This document shows, piece after piece, positions 26,545 through 41,100 of a stretch of DNA of 64,000 bases. Numbering within the stretch: the first letter of the stretch is position 1; each line of letters begins with the position of its first letter. A program made the position numbers and the translations under genes. Source of the DNA: Cyanophora paradoxa CCMP329. Its lineage: Eukaryota; Plantae; Glaucophyta. The stretch is from assembly GCA_004431415.1 (NCBI GenBank), contig QPMI01000638.1, positions 175,728 through 239,727 of the forward strand, written 5' to 3'. The notes under the pieces were generated by a model. It saw only the letters and a list, made by a program, of their open reading frames with translations. It searched no databases and was not told the DNA's origin.

Positions 26545-27378
26545 ATGGCATCCAGGGGCGTGGCCTCGTACGCGGCGGCGTTCGCGGCAGGTGCTGGCGT
26601 CTACTACGTGGCCCGCAAGCTCCTGTTCCAAGGCGGGTCCTCCAGCGTCGAGTGCGAGTGCGCGGCAAGATCCTTCTCGCAGCGCTCGCGTTTACGCAGG
26701 CGCTCAGGTCGGCGGGTACCGGTTGCTGCAAGGCGAAGGCCAGCGGTGACGGAGCCCCAGCTGCGGGGTGCTGCATGGCGCAGTCCAAGCAGGGGGCCGG
26801 CGCCGGCGCTGCAGCGGGTGGCTGCTGCATGTCCCGTCAAAATGCAGCGCCGCGGCTCGAAGACGCCGAATTGGAGGCGAAGATTCTGCAGCTCGTTGGC
26901 TCGCATCGCATTATGATCATGATGAAAGGAAGGTGAGCCTTTCGTCCAGCCAGGCGTAACGTATTTGGTAATCTTCTGCAGCCGCGAAGAACCCAAGTGT
27001 AAATTCAGTCGTGCTTTGATGGAAATCCTTAAAGAAGCCGACGTCAGCGAATTCGGCTCCTATAATATTTTGACTGGAGATCAAGCAATCCGAGAGGTGA
27101 GATTCGTGCAATTCAACTAGGCCTTGCGGGCCTAATCGTAACCCAGGGCTTGAAAAAGTACTTCGACTGGCCGACCTACCCAATGGTCCATCAAAGCTTA
27201 ACAGTACTATTAACCAAGATGTCTGAAATCGAAATCAGGTCATTGTCGGTGGCAAGCTAATTGGTGGCGTCGATATCTGCAAGTACGTGCATTTACATGT
27301 TCTTGTGAAATGCATTGTTATTCTCGAAACAGGGAGCTTCATGCGGCTGGGGAGCTTCGAAGTGCTTTTGGTCTCTGA
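26545..27378 (+). CDS. Monothiol (class II) glutaredoxin with an N-terminal extension
   Basis: IMIMMKG|SREEPKCKFSRALMEIL...GLKKYFDWPTYPM|VIVGGKLIGGVDICK|ELHAAGEL. Confidence 0.9.
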
Positions 27379-27470
27379 GATCAAGGATCGGCAGTGGCGG
27401 CGGTGAAGCATTCTGGCCTGCTTGACAGCGTCATTAGACCGAGTTCCAAGCCAGTTCCATGCCAGACGAG

Positions 27471-27696
27471 TGGCCCTTCGTGGCGGCGAACGGGCGAGCC
27501 CTCGGGCAAGGCCCGCACGCCTAGTCCGGTAGAGCAACAGAAAGGCTTAGATTTCGATTTCAACCCGTCGGTTTCGACTTAGATTTCGACGTCGAGTTGC
27601 CTATCCGAGGGAGCCCTTGGATCGCACCGCGAACACTGCTAGTCCGAACAGCTACTGGTCTAGGCCAGATATCGTGTGTGTCGTATCTGAAATGCA
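27471..27696 (+). repeat. Dispersed repeat family A, copy 3
   Basis: Identity to the other A copies. Confidence 0.9.
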
Positions 27697-27719
27697 CAGG
27701 CTACTATCAAAATAGAAAA

Positions 27720-28293
27720 CTAGCTGTTCACAGACCATTTGTGTCTGCGACAGTGTGAGTCGACTTAGTCAAATATGCTTTGTGCTGAAGGCATGGAAAA
27801 CTTTCGAACCTGCACTTGATGCATTCGTAGAAGATCGTTTGCCCCTCGTCTGCGGAACGTAGCTGTGCCGTCGTGAAAGAAACCACGTCGTTCTTACAAT
27901 TGGGACACTCCTCCCGCACCTGAGGCACCACAATAGCGCTAAGCAACGGGTGAATGAGAAGCTGCGTGGTCTGCGCACCGTGGCACGTTCCTTGTGCTTC
28001 TCGTTTTCTCCTTTTGGCGCACTGTGGTTTGCGGCCTTGTGCTGACGTGCGCTCATGGTCACGATGGGCTTTGAGATGAGCTCTGCGAAAACCTTTTTTT
28101 AAAAAATAGATGCAGACTACTGGCTTTCACTCAAGTGGACATGCGCACCAGAGACGTCATTCATAATCCCGCACCGATCGCATTTGACCTCGTCCGAGGC
28201 GCCTGGTGGGTCCAGAATCGTTCCACAGTCCGAACAGAAAGCGATCGAGCCGGATAGGACGACGGCATGCAGTGCTGTTCGATAGGCCGCCAT
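27720..28293 (-). CDS. RPA12: RNA polymerase I subunit RPA12
   Basis: FCSDCGTIL...CDRC; C-terminal EECPNC...TAQLRSADEGQTIFYECIKC. Confidence 0.93.
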
Positions 28294-29972
28294 CGTGAAT
28301 GCGACGAGCGCTAGCTCGATGGTGCCGATCAACAAGCGAGCTCGGCTACGCAGCGAGATCGAGGACGTTCGCAGTGCGCCGGAGCGCCGGGACCGACCCA
28401 ATTCCAGGCCGCAGCGCTTGCGCTCTCGATCGAGCTGAGCGAGCTTGGCGATGCGTGCCGCGTGCTGCGTGCTGCTCAAAGACCGGCTGGCGCGGCTCTA
28501 CGTATACGCGCTGAAAGATTGGCTGGCGCGGCTCGGCGTGCTCGAAGTGAATGCTTGCCGCCGGGAGTGCACGTACCCCAATTAGGCGAACGGAAGGGCA
28601 CCGTATTTCGAAGTGAACATTCTTCGTTATCGCGAGCTCGTGCATATGCATGTGATCACGTACAAATTCAAATTCGAAGGTCTTCGCGTTCCTGTAAGCC
28701 TGCGCATGCAGCTGGCTGGCACATCAAACACGTCACGGCATTGCATGTGCACAAGCGCTAGCATGAGCACATGTACATGTACATGTACATGTACATGTAT
28801 ACGTATACGTATACCGTAGTTCATACATGGATATCGACGCACCGCACACTATAGCTAGGCCTAGGCCTGTTCTTCTCGTTCAATTCCTGTTGGAGTTTGG
28901 GAATAGGGGGGTAGATGTGAAGTTCCAGGAGCGCCCCGCTCGTTAGCTGGTTGATTAGCAGTGTTCGTATCTTATCTTGCCAAGTTGAGAGATGATAGAC
29001 AAAAGAAGGCCGCGGGCAAACCTGGCAAGCACACCATATTCTGAACACAGGTGGCACGATTGCTGCAAACACAGCCCCGCTGGGTCCGAAGGTCTAGTGC
29101 ACCACAGTACATCTGTGCACCTCTTGTCTCGTCCCTCATGATCACGATCACGTACTTGAAAACGCAAGTCCCGGGTCCGGGCTACAAGTGTGGGATCATC
29201 AGGATCAAGGTGTCGCCTAGTACGTAGCATTTGCAGGTCGTGATCACTTGCTGAGTCACCACTGGGCCAGCAACATGCACGCGTTCCACGGTGCTTGCAA
29301 CCGTGGTTGAAAGCTCATGATCATGCAGCTGATGAGATCCGATGATCTTGAGTTTCGGAGATTTAGGGGCCTCTGTGGTGCTGACATCCCCTATCACCCT
29401 GGTCCACGGGCGCCCCCGCGGCTTGCAATTGTCATCTACTTCATCTCTCTCACTCTCTCTCAGAGCTCGCCGAGTCGCCGAGTCGATTTGCAATTGATCA
29501 TGAGCGATTGGACCGTCGGACTTGTTTGATAATACTGTTTGGACCGTCGGACTCCGGATCCCAACCGTTGAACCCCTTCGCCAAACTTGAAATGGAATCA
29601 AATCTGGATCGAGTCCCGAGGAATGAACCCCTCAGGGCCTTGGCTTTTCCGAGTTCGATCTCAGAATCTGGGGGTAACCACCGTGCGAGTAACCTGTGCG
29701 CATGCATGTAGCCAGCGTCTGTGTCGATCCAGAGGCGCATTACTCCTCAGGGCCTCAGGGCCTCACGGACATCATAGACATCTTGCTGTACCGTAGTACG
29801 TGTCACACAGTGCACTTGACTCGCTCTGCATCTATCCGTTTTTGCATATATTATATATATTATCCTTGGCCCATAAATAAATTATTCTGTCTCCGCCGGG
29901 CGCTGTAGGTAATACCGGGTTAGAGTAGCCTACAGTTTTTCTCAGCGTGCAGGCTGCCTTCCCTCTCCCTTA

Positions 29973-31009
<1,037 letters not shown>

Positions 31010-31247
31010 GCGCGCCGCCCGCTAATCGATCAGAAACGACGGCGACTCTCGAAGTCGTTCGTTTTGACTGTATCTGTCTACGCTGAACGCAGCTAGTCCG
31101 CGACCGACGCCAACTACCCCGCGCACCGAAAAAAAGGGCGATCAAATTACGTGCCTCGAAGTTGTGGATCTCGTTGGCGAGCTCAGTCTCAGGCAGGGTA
31201 GACCTCAGCGGCTTTCAGAAGCGGGCTCGCTCCCTGGGCTCTGCGGC

Positions 31248-32550
31248 ATGTCGCACGAGCTGGACGAGTTCCGGGAGCTTCTCGGCGCGGAGATGTGCGT
31301 CGCTTGCAGCGTTCAGTTTCGCCGTGCGTACGCTTACTGCGCGCTGGCAGGTACGTCGAGATGGACCGGGTGCGTCATGCCTGCGAAAAGTAAGGAGTAT
31401 CTCGCCCGCTGACCCGCAGGCAGCTCCGGACAGCTGCGCGGCATGGCATCCCGAAAGAGGTTCGAGGGGAGGTTTGGAAATATTTGCTGGACGTCTCCAA
31501 AGCAGACCGATGTGCGCGCATTGCGTATCAAGGGAGCGCTGGTCTAACGTCGACCTTGCAGCTGAAGAGATGTCACAAAGAAAGCGCATCAAGGACGACT
31601 ACAAAGATTTCGAGAAAGGCAATTCCGAGGTCCTCAAGCAAATCAAGGGCGAGGTAAAGCGTTACCAAAGCCGATCCGAAAACTCCAAGCGGGATGAACT
31701 CATTGACGAGCTTTTCCGTGATCCAAATCTCCAAAGACGTGTCGAAAATGTACTCCTTGCGTACACGAACCACAACTCCGACACACCATACCATCATGGC
31801 ATGATCTACTTGATGGCACCTTTCGTTTTGAGTCTGTCGAAGGTACAAATTGACAGAATCACCAGTATTGTGTCGCATGGGTCGCTCATACTTGTCCAGG
31901 AGCCCGAAATTTTCTTCTGTTTTCAGACACTGATGACAAAGCTTGGTGTGCTCCTCCCTGAAACGAGATGTGATGTCTGCCTTTTAAACTCAAGTACACA
32001 GAGGAGCTGCATGGGCCAGGCGGCATAAATCGTGCTGTTGCTAATTTCATGGTTCTTTTTCGGACAGTGAATTCTGAATTGTGTGTCAATTCTTTTCGTG
32101 GCCGTGTGACAAGTCTCCTCATAGTTGGCGCAGGTACAATCATTTTGAGGAAGAAGAACTGGAGGCAAATGAGTGGGCTTTGTCATGGTCGAAGTACCTG
32201 CTTGGAAAAGAGCTGCCAATGCAGTGTGTTCTCCGGTTGTGGGATACCTACTTTTCGGCATGTGAGGGTTTGCAGTTGCACGTTTATGCATGCCTAGGTG
32301 TGTACTGCGTGTGTCTTTTTATAGCGTCCACACTGATATGTCGGTTTCAGCTATACTTGAGCACTGTCAGGAAGAGCTTCTGGAACTCGACCACGCAGAG
32401 CTCATTGGTTTTTTGCAGCACCTGCCAGTCATGGACATGGATCAGGTGCAACGAAGTCTATTTTTACGTTCGAGCACAGCGAGCCTAACAGCGCTCCAGA
32501 TCATAAACAAAGCTTACAGAATTAAGGACGAGGTTCGAAATATTATCTAA
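31248..32550 (+). CDS. TBC-domain (Rab-GAP fold) protein
   Basis: HGIPKEVRGEVWKYLL, YHHGMIYLMAPF, VLRLWDTYF, LHVYACL|AIL. Confidence 0.88.
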
Positions 32551-32643
32551 TTTGCTCGGCGACATCTGCCATACTTAGACAACATCAAACATCACGTAGA
32601 CAGCCAGCATCACGTGTCATGTGCTCTCTAGGCCTGCCTGTGC

Positions 32644-32815
32644 ACCACGATTAGGCGACTCTTGTATTTGCCCCGTGCGGACACAAGGCTTGCCCCAACT
32701 GCGGATCACACTGCGAGGCTTGTGCCAATTGCGGATCACATGTAGAAAAACGTGATGTTCTATAGCTTGTGAAACGGATCACATGAGGAAAAAACGCGAC
32801 TAGGACGTCGCAGGT
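32644..32815 (+). repeat. 172-bp copy of the RING gene's last exon and 3'UTR (20231-20402)
   Basis: Direct match with one mismatch. Confidence 0.95.
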
Positions 32816-32959
32816 CTTCCCCTTTGAGGGCAACGCAGGGGTCTTCTGCGATTACGGTTAGGGCGTCCTTGATCTTCGAATCAGAGTCAAAAAGTGTCGA
32901 AAACAGAGTCTAGTTGAAACTGAAAGCTGAACATCGAATGGAATGAGCTTTGTTGGCTT

Positions 32960-33167
32960 CCCGTAGGAACTCCCACCGCCCAAGAACGATGACGCGATGC
33001 TGCGCACGACACGCGCGCGGCCGAGGCCGTGCGGGGGTGGAGCGTTACTCCCCTTTCGGGCCTCGGGGGGCAACGGTCGGGCCGGCAACGGCGAGGGCCG
33101 CACCTTCCTACGCGTAGCCCAGACAGGCGTAGTACACGGCTAGCTAGCTCTGTCTACGCTGAACGCA
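32960..33167 (+). repeat. Dispersed repeat family B (ends ...ctgtctacgctgaacGCA)
   Basis: Reverse copies at 34767-34825, 37559-37682 and 56796-57005; same-strand pieces at 25390-25466, 31074-31091, 51698-51714 and 57684-57700. Confidence 0.9.
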
Positions 33168-33363
33168 AAGAGGCCGGATCAATTGCCTTTAAGTACGCAA
33201 ACTTGCTTGCAAGTGTCCGCGGAGGGGCACATGAGAAATACTCCCCTTTGAGGGCAACGCAGGGCCCAGCTGGTCGAGTTTGCGCTTGGCAACAGCACCT
33301 CAGTGCACATACCACACATGTAGCTCGGTTAGATCGTGTCCAAATGCTACGCTGCGCCAAATG

Positions 33364-34568
33364 CTACTTTTTGGGTGGGCGAAGAGCTATGGAGAACTTC
33401 GTTCCACAGGTCGAGCAGATGGGAGAGAAGGTGCAGAAAACTGGATGCACACGGGAGTTCAGAACGGTGGAGCATCTCAAAAAAGTGGAAAGCAATGCTC
33501 ACTCGACAAGCAAACGGAGCACACGAAGCCAAGGTCGACAATCTTTCGATGGCAGAAGCATGTGCTCCTGCATGGCATTTAGAAAAGAAAGCCAAAACCA
33601 GGAAGATTGGTCACCGGAAGTCAACTGTGTGCTGAAACGCCGACTGCGCAAACCTTCGACTGAACCTATCCAAAATGCTCGTTCCCTGCTCCTGATAAGG
33701 GGCAAGCAACCTGTCTGCACACGACACCGTTTACGGACCAACAGATGCTGCAGAAGAACCGCCTGACTTCCAAGCCGTGAGTAATATCCCCCGGTGATGT
33801 GCGATGCCTGCTGAAGGAAGACCGAATCTCTAGGAGCCAGCACACAGCTGTCAATCGGAACGCCCTGAAGCGCAACTTAGAGAAGAAAAGAATTGGATAA
33901 TGCGTTGTTTCAACATTTTTCTGGGCGCAAAAGATGGCGTTCATGAAAGCGATGTACTGCGCCGGAACGTCCAATGAAACACTGATGACCAGAAGTCTTG
34001 GGTTGAGCGAGGGCTGCTCCTTCGCGATCCGGTTGCAATCTGCCGCCCCAGATCAATTCAATCCTGCAGCATGGCGGGCGGTCGCACAGCATAGGGCCAT
34101 CGACATTGCTGCAGCTACATTGGAGCCTGCGCTTGTTGATTCGTGCACGGGAGCTGTGAACGAGTCGCTTGTGCGGGAAGCGAGCCCGTCGGACTGCGCG
34201 GCGTCCACTTGGCGTGGCCTGGCGGCGAGCGCGAGATCCGAGAGTAGACGTTTGGATACGTCCACGTTCGCCGCATGACCGCGGCCGATCGGGGAAGGGA
34301 CATGCGACCTACGGATGTGAACGACGAAGACACGAGCAAGCAAGCATGCGCACGCTCGGTTGGAAGTCGTGGTGGTGACAGTGAGCTGATTCTCGCGATG
34401 AAGGAGACCGAAGCATCGCACAAACACGATGAGATGCTCCAAGAACCGGCCAAGGTCTAGGGCAGCGCCCGGCGCATCCGTGGCCGGCTCGCGCGACCAA
34501 ACGAAGGGATTCATATCGACTACGAGCGCTAGAAAGCTGGCGTCGTGCGCCTCCTCGGCATCGGCCAT
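33364..34568 (-). CDS. TFB4: TFIIH subunit p34/Tfb4
   Basis: LALVVDMNPFVW, QYIAFMNAIFCAQK, FLQQASHITGGYY, VDFR|ASCFCH, GFVCSVCLS, CSTCG. Confidence 0.93.
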
Positions 34569-35269
34569 CGCTAATCGGCCATCGATGTTCGACGGTTGCG
34601 ATTACGAGGTTGCGATTACGATTGGGGTACCGGTGCTTGCGGTCGATGTTGCGATTACGATGCGTTCAGCGATCGCACGTGAAAAAAGCATGCGTTCAGC
34701 GATCGCACGATGCGTACGATGTTGTTTCGTGAAAAAAATGCGATCGCAGCGATCAAATGTCGTACGTGCGTTCAGCGTAGACAGAGCTAGCTAGCTGTGT
34801 ACTACGCCTGTCTGGGCTACGCGTAATTAAATGTATAGCTATAGGGTTGCCATGGCCACTTACGACTTACGTATACAGAATTACGCTTGCTATAGGGTTG
34901 CCATGGCCACTTACGACCACTTAAAAGTAGCGTAAAAGAGATCACCGCTTGCATCCGGCCTGATCGCGTCGTCGTACACAACTCGTTGTCGAACTACGCG
35001 CTTTTTCCGCAGCGTCCGCCGCAGCAGACAAAATTAATTTACAGTGGGCGATGCACATTTACAGTGGGGCAATTCGGCTTCTAAATGCTCTAGTGTATGA
35101 TACAGCTGCTCGTGGCCATCAACATCCATTTCCTCATGCTCTGGCGTCGATGTCGATGCCAGAGCATGAAGAAAGTACAGAGGTCCAGGTAACACCACAT
35201 GAAGATTAAAATTCTCCCACCAATGACTGGACGCAAAATAAGGAATGCTTTTAAAGTCGTGTAAGAGAC

Positions 35270-36097
35270 TTACACATTCTGTGGAGAAGGCAAGAGATCA
35301 CCGCTTGCATCCGGCCTGATCGCGTCGTTGTACACGACTCGTCGTCGAACTACGCGCTTTTTCCGCAGCGTCCGCCGCAGCAGACGCTCTGCTTCAACCG
35401 CCTTCGCCTCTGGACTGCATTGTGGACACGGCACCATCTTGGCCCCTTCACACATTGTACACACTGGACGAACGTCAGCACGATCTCACAGACATCGATG
35501 CTGGCACTTACAGATACGCTCAAATCGCAGAGGAAACACCCCTCTTCCATCCGGTCCCCAGAGTGAGGCCCAGTTTGCCGCCTGATTCTTCAGTCCTCCC
35601 AGCGGTCTCCAGTCCCAGACGCGACCATCATCCAGACAGACGGCACACGCAACAAAACCAGCTCCTGAAATTTGGGGCGTAAGGCGGAGCATATACGACT
35701 GAACAAAATAGATTGACTCACCCTCACAGCAGGGGCACTGCGGCGGCGTTACAGGCGCCGGCGGCGTCGGGGGTGGTTCTTGAGCTTTCAGCTGTAACGA
35801 CGCCGCTGCGCCCGTGTCGCTCTGTTCAGCAACCACCCGAAGCGTCCGTGGCTTGAGTCCTCCTGACTGCAATGCGGGAACCATGCGCGCCGCCGGGACG
35901 GAGCTGGCTGAAAAATGCACAGAGTCTGATGGCCAGGCGGGCCGCGAAGAAGCGCTGATATTCTGGGGGCGTTTCGATGCTTGAGGGCGTGCTATCTCAG
36001 AGGCTGAACCGGGCGCCAGCGTCATCGGCGCGCAGCAGACGACGAAGCATGATGCCTGATATGTACGTCGCAGATCTAAATTTGAGCCCGCAGCCAT
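35270..36097 (-). CDS. DnaJ-like zinc-finger (CxxCxGxG) protein, probably plastid-targeted
   Basis: CPCCE|GAGFVACAVC...CTMCEGAKMVPCPQC after a Ser/Ala/Pro-rich transit-like N-terminus. Confidence 0.7.
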
Positions 36098-36353
36098 CGC
36101 CGCCGCGCGCAACTTCAACTAGAATCCGTCGCCGCCGCACGAAGTGGCTGAACGAGCTTTAACGATGCACTTCCGTACGGCTGCCGTGCCCCGGCGACGC
36201 GCAGTGCCGGATTGGGTCGGCACGCACGGTTGTTTCACGTGTACCCCTCATACTCGCTGTTCTCGCGGGACCACAACCAGATCCACTGAGCAGACGCTGA
36301 GCGTGTCGGGCTAGTTGAGGTGGCTCAGAACGTCGCGCGGTTTGGCTGCAAGA

Positions 36354-37346
<993 letters not shown>

Positions 37347-37558
37347 GCCCTCCTTTGTCTATTTGATTCGTTGGCATTTGGATATTCTACGACAGCACTA
37401 ATTGCCTTCGTTTTGTGATTGGGGGCTGCATTTCGCGGCTGCATGGCGGCTGTATGCGATGCGCACATGGGCTGTGGCTGAATGGCGGCTGTATGCGGCC
37501 CGCGGCTTGGGACTAGGGCTAGTATTTTGGACTTGATTGGACTTGGTGGCACCTTCAT

Positions 37559-37682
37559 TGCGTTCAGCGTAGACAGAGCTAGCTAGCTGTGTACTACGCC
37601 TGTCTGGGCTACGCGTAGGAGGGTGCGGCCCTCGCCGTTGCCGGCCCGGCCGTTCCCCCCCGAGGCCCGTAAGGGGAGTAAA
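37559..37682 (-). repeat. Family B copy
   Basis: Reverse complement of the 33030-33167 part of family B. Confidence 0.9.
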
Positions 37683-38134
37683 GCGTCGCCCGGCCGCGGG
37701 GGCGGCCGCCGCCGTTTGCTGATGTCCTGCGCGCGCCCCGGTGCACGTGAGCCGTCTTAGGCAAAGGGCGAGGGTGGAACTGGGAAAACACCTTTTCGAT
37801 GCTGGACGGAATGTGACCGCGAAACCAGTCTTGATCATGACCTGCCTTATACTTGGTTCATAATGCAACGAGGAGTGGGGGGGGGGGGGGGGGGGGGAGG
37901 GGGGTGGGGGCCCGGGGGTATTGTACAGTGCCATTAGCTCTAGCCAGTGCAGCTGCTGCAGCTGAGCTCCACACTATGAGTCAATTTAAACTTGATCATG
38001 AGAAGAAGTGCACTGCGGCAGTGCACGCCGGCCGGCGCCGCGCGGTGAATCGCCTTTTAATTTACCCCCAGAAATTTAACAACACAGTACCCGCGCCGTG
38101 CCAGCCGAGCACGTTCTTCCAGCGTTTTCCAGCG

Positions 38135-41100
38135 ATGGCGACGCTACGTAGATCGCTCACCGAGCACGACTCGCTTGCCATGGATGGGGCGTCATTCGAC
38201 TCCGTCAAGTTGACAGTGCCCTGCAGCTGCCGTCATTCGTTGAGGACCCGCACGCGCGCTGACGAGTGTGCAGATCCAGAACCTCGCGAGACACCACACC
38301 AGCATGCGTACAGAGGCCCACACGACGGTGCGCCTCGCCATTCGTCAAATTGATCCAGATCCTCGATTCGAATTCCTTTCCCGAGGCGAGGCGGCCGATC
38401 TTTGCGAAATAGAAACAAGAACGGATTCTATACGATTTTATAGAGCTCGCTGGCGGGGACAGACCCCAGTTTCCGCACCTCTAGATCGCGCGCGCGGAGT
38501 TCGCAAATACGCACTGTGGGCCGCGCGCGCGGCTCACACCCGTTTTGTGTTTTGCGGGAGTTTACGGGACCCGTTAATCCGTAGAGTTTTAGAGCTTCTT
38601 TCTTGTCGCCTGCAGTTGTGCGCACTCACCGTTGGTAACAATGCAGAACGAGCGTCTGAGAGAAGAGGCTGCTCTCAAGTCTCAGCTTGAGGCTGAGCTT
38701 CGGCGAATGACGAACGAAAAGGTCGGGATTTTTAAGTTGTGAAGGTCTATTCGCTCATTCCTCTGTGATTGCTGAGAATTTGCGAGCAGATTGCGCTCGC
38801 AGCAATCATAAAGCGAAATGATGAGCGCTGGAAAGGGTTAGCTGCTTAAGTAGCTGAGGTGGAATATTTCTGTCAGTCTAACCTGATCCGCCCATCTTTC
38901 AGGACCGAGTTTGCAATCAGCACTGGCAGAATTCGGGATGCTTCGATCACCGAGATCATGTCCAAGGTAACATGTCACTGCAGAATCACTGCACATGTCA
39001 TTCCATCATACGAGCTGAATCGCTTTCTCGACTTGAAGATCGATTCACAACTCTCAGCCGGTTCGCTCATTGATTTGATGCACACTTCATCCGATCCACA
39101 TCAGTCAATAGCTAGCAAGATTTATTGAGACTTGGCTCAGGCGAGTGTTCGAGAGTCGGCTTGCAGCGGCGTGTGGAAAGTCTGGAGGGGCTTGCCGAGA
39201 AGGCTGCTTCTCGCATTAGTGAGCTGGAATGCGCCACCGTTGATCGAGACAAAAGTGAGGCTCTCATTGCTTTCACAGCACATCAGTCTGCACTAAACGC
39301 CTGCCCCCAGTGCTGAGGCAATCTGCTGCTCTGGAAAACGAACTCGGCAACATGCGCCAAAGATTATCGACTCTGGAGCAGCAGCTCCGATCTGCAGGAG
39401 ATGACCACCGTTCGTTTGCTTTCAGAAAACCACTTCGCAATCACAATAATCCTGAACACAGAAAGAGTTGTTCAACTAAAGGACAAGGAAATATCAGAGC
39501 GAGCCGCGGATGTTCAAAGACTGATGGCTCAGCTTGCCGCAACAGGGCGTGAGGCATCCGAGAAGGATGTCTCGGTCCAGGACCTGGTGCACCCGTCTGA
39601 ATGATTGTAATCACTGTCTTAATCATTGTGACAGCAAGTCCAAGCCAGTGCTTTGCGAAACGAGGCCGACAAGCTCCAACAATGTCTTGCAAGCAAAGAC
39701 ATTCTTCTCTCGGAGCGTACTACAGAATTGAAGTCCATGCAAGAGCTGCTGCACCAATTGCAGATCCGGTGCTTCGTTTTTCTGTTGTTTTGATCGTGTG
39801 AACCGCTCACTACGTGCTAGCACGAATGAATCGAAAGTGGCAGCAGAGGCAGAGAAGAGCAAGCTGCTGCAAGCGCACCAGGAGCAGATTGATCATGCTC
39901 GCCAGCTGCAGAGAGAACTCGAAGCAGCCCGCGCTGCTGTCGCCAAGCAAGAGTTGGAGTGCAGAGGTGTAATATCCGTGAAGATCTAATTTCTGTCTCT
40001 CAGCTTGCGGCAGGACTCTCAGTATCGCTGGACGCTATGAAGTCGGCGAGCAGCGAGCAGTCTTCCCTTTTTGCGCAGGAACGACAGCAGCACCGCACAG
40101 CGATCGAATCAATGGCTAATGCTCTCGAAGAAGGTCGTACAGAGCTGGCCAAAAAGGTTCTTGGGAATTGCCGCAATGATCGTCTCGTGGTCTTAAGACG
40201 GTGCATCACAGAGTCAGGAGGTGACTCGATTGAATGCGATGAAGGCGGAAGCGGATGAGATGTGTAGAAAAGCCATTCAAATGAAGTCGGCTCTGCAGCA
40301 GGAGCTCGAGCAGCTGCAGGCTACATTGCACCAGGAGAGGCAAATGCATGCAATGGAACAGAAGTCCGTTGGACAGGATTTGACGAGACTGACACGACTT
40401 CCAGAGCTGGAGGTAGATCTTCTGCGGTTTTTTCCTTCTGTGCCAGCCTTCTGAATCTCGTAAGTTGCAACTGCGACAAGCTTGCAAGAAAATCACCGAG
40501 CTGGAGAATGAAGCTTCATCTTCTTCCAAGGCGGCAGCTGGGTTCGAGAAACAAGTACAGCAGTTGCAGGTGCGATGAGTTCTATTGAAAGTGCATTCAT
40601 TCATCGTCAACTCTCTTCCCCGCCAGGCGCAAGTCCGGGAGCTATCTACGGAGCTGGAAAAGACCTCCAGACAGCTTGCTTGCTCTAAAAATGAGAAAGA
40701 GGGAGAGTGCCAGGCCCTTCAAAACTCCCTGAGGTGCATTTGAATAGATTGTCAACGCGTGCGGCATCGTATTGAGTTTTCTTCTCTGCAGCACAGCGAC
40801 GAAAACAATGGAGGATCTTCAGCAGACGAACTCGAACATTTCTGCATCTCTTGAGGCAGCTACGGCAAAGGTGGGGAATGTGCACCTATATACAATCGGA
40901 ATCTTCGTGTGATGCCGTGCCTCAGATTGCGGCGCAACAGAGCGAGTTGGATCAAAGTGCCAAAACCTTGAGCGTCCTGGAGGCTAGCGTCAAAAATGCC
41001 CAAAGCAGAGCGGAAGCCGACTGTGCTGAACTTCGGGAGACTCTCGAGAAGTTGTACCTTTCAAAGGTATCCGTTTGCGCTTCTATTCATTGCACGGTCG

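Noticed and set aside
33151-33167. Family B end resembles parts of the 5S rRNA 5' end (GTCTACG, CTGAACGC)
   Set aside because: Two short discontinuous matches and no internal promoter boxes
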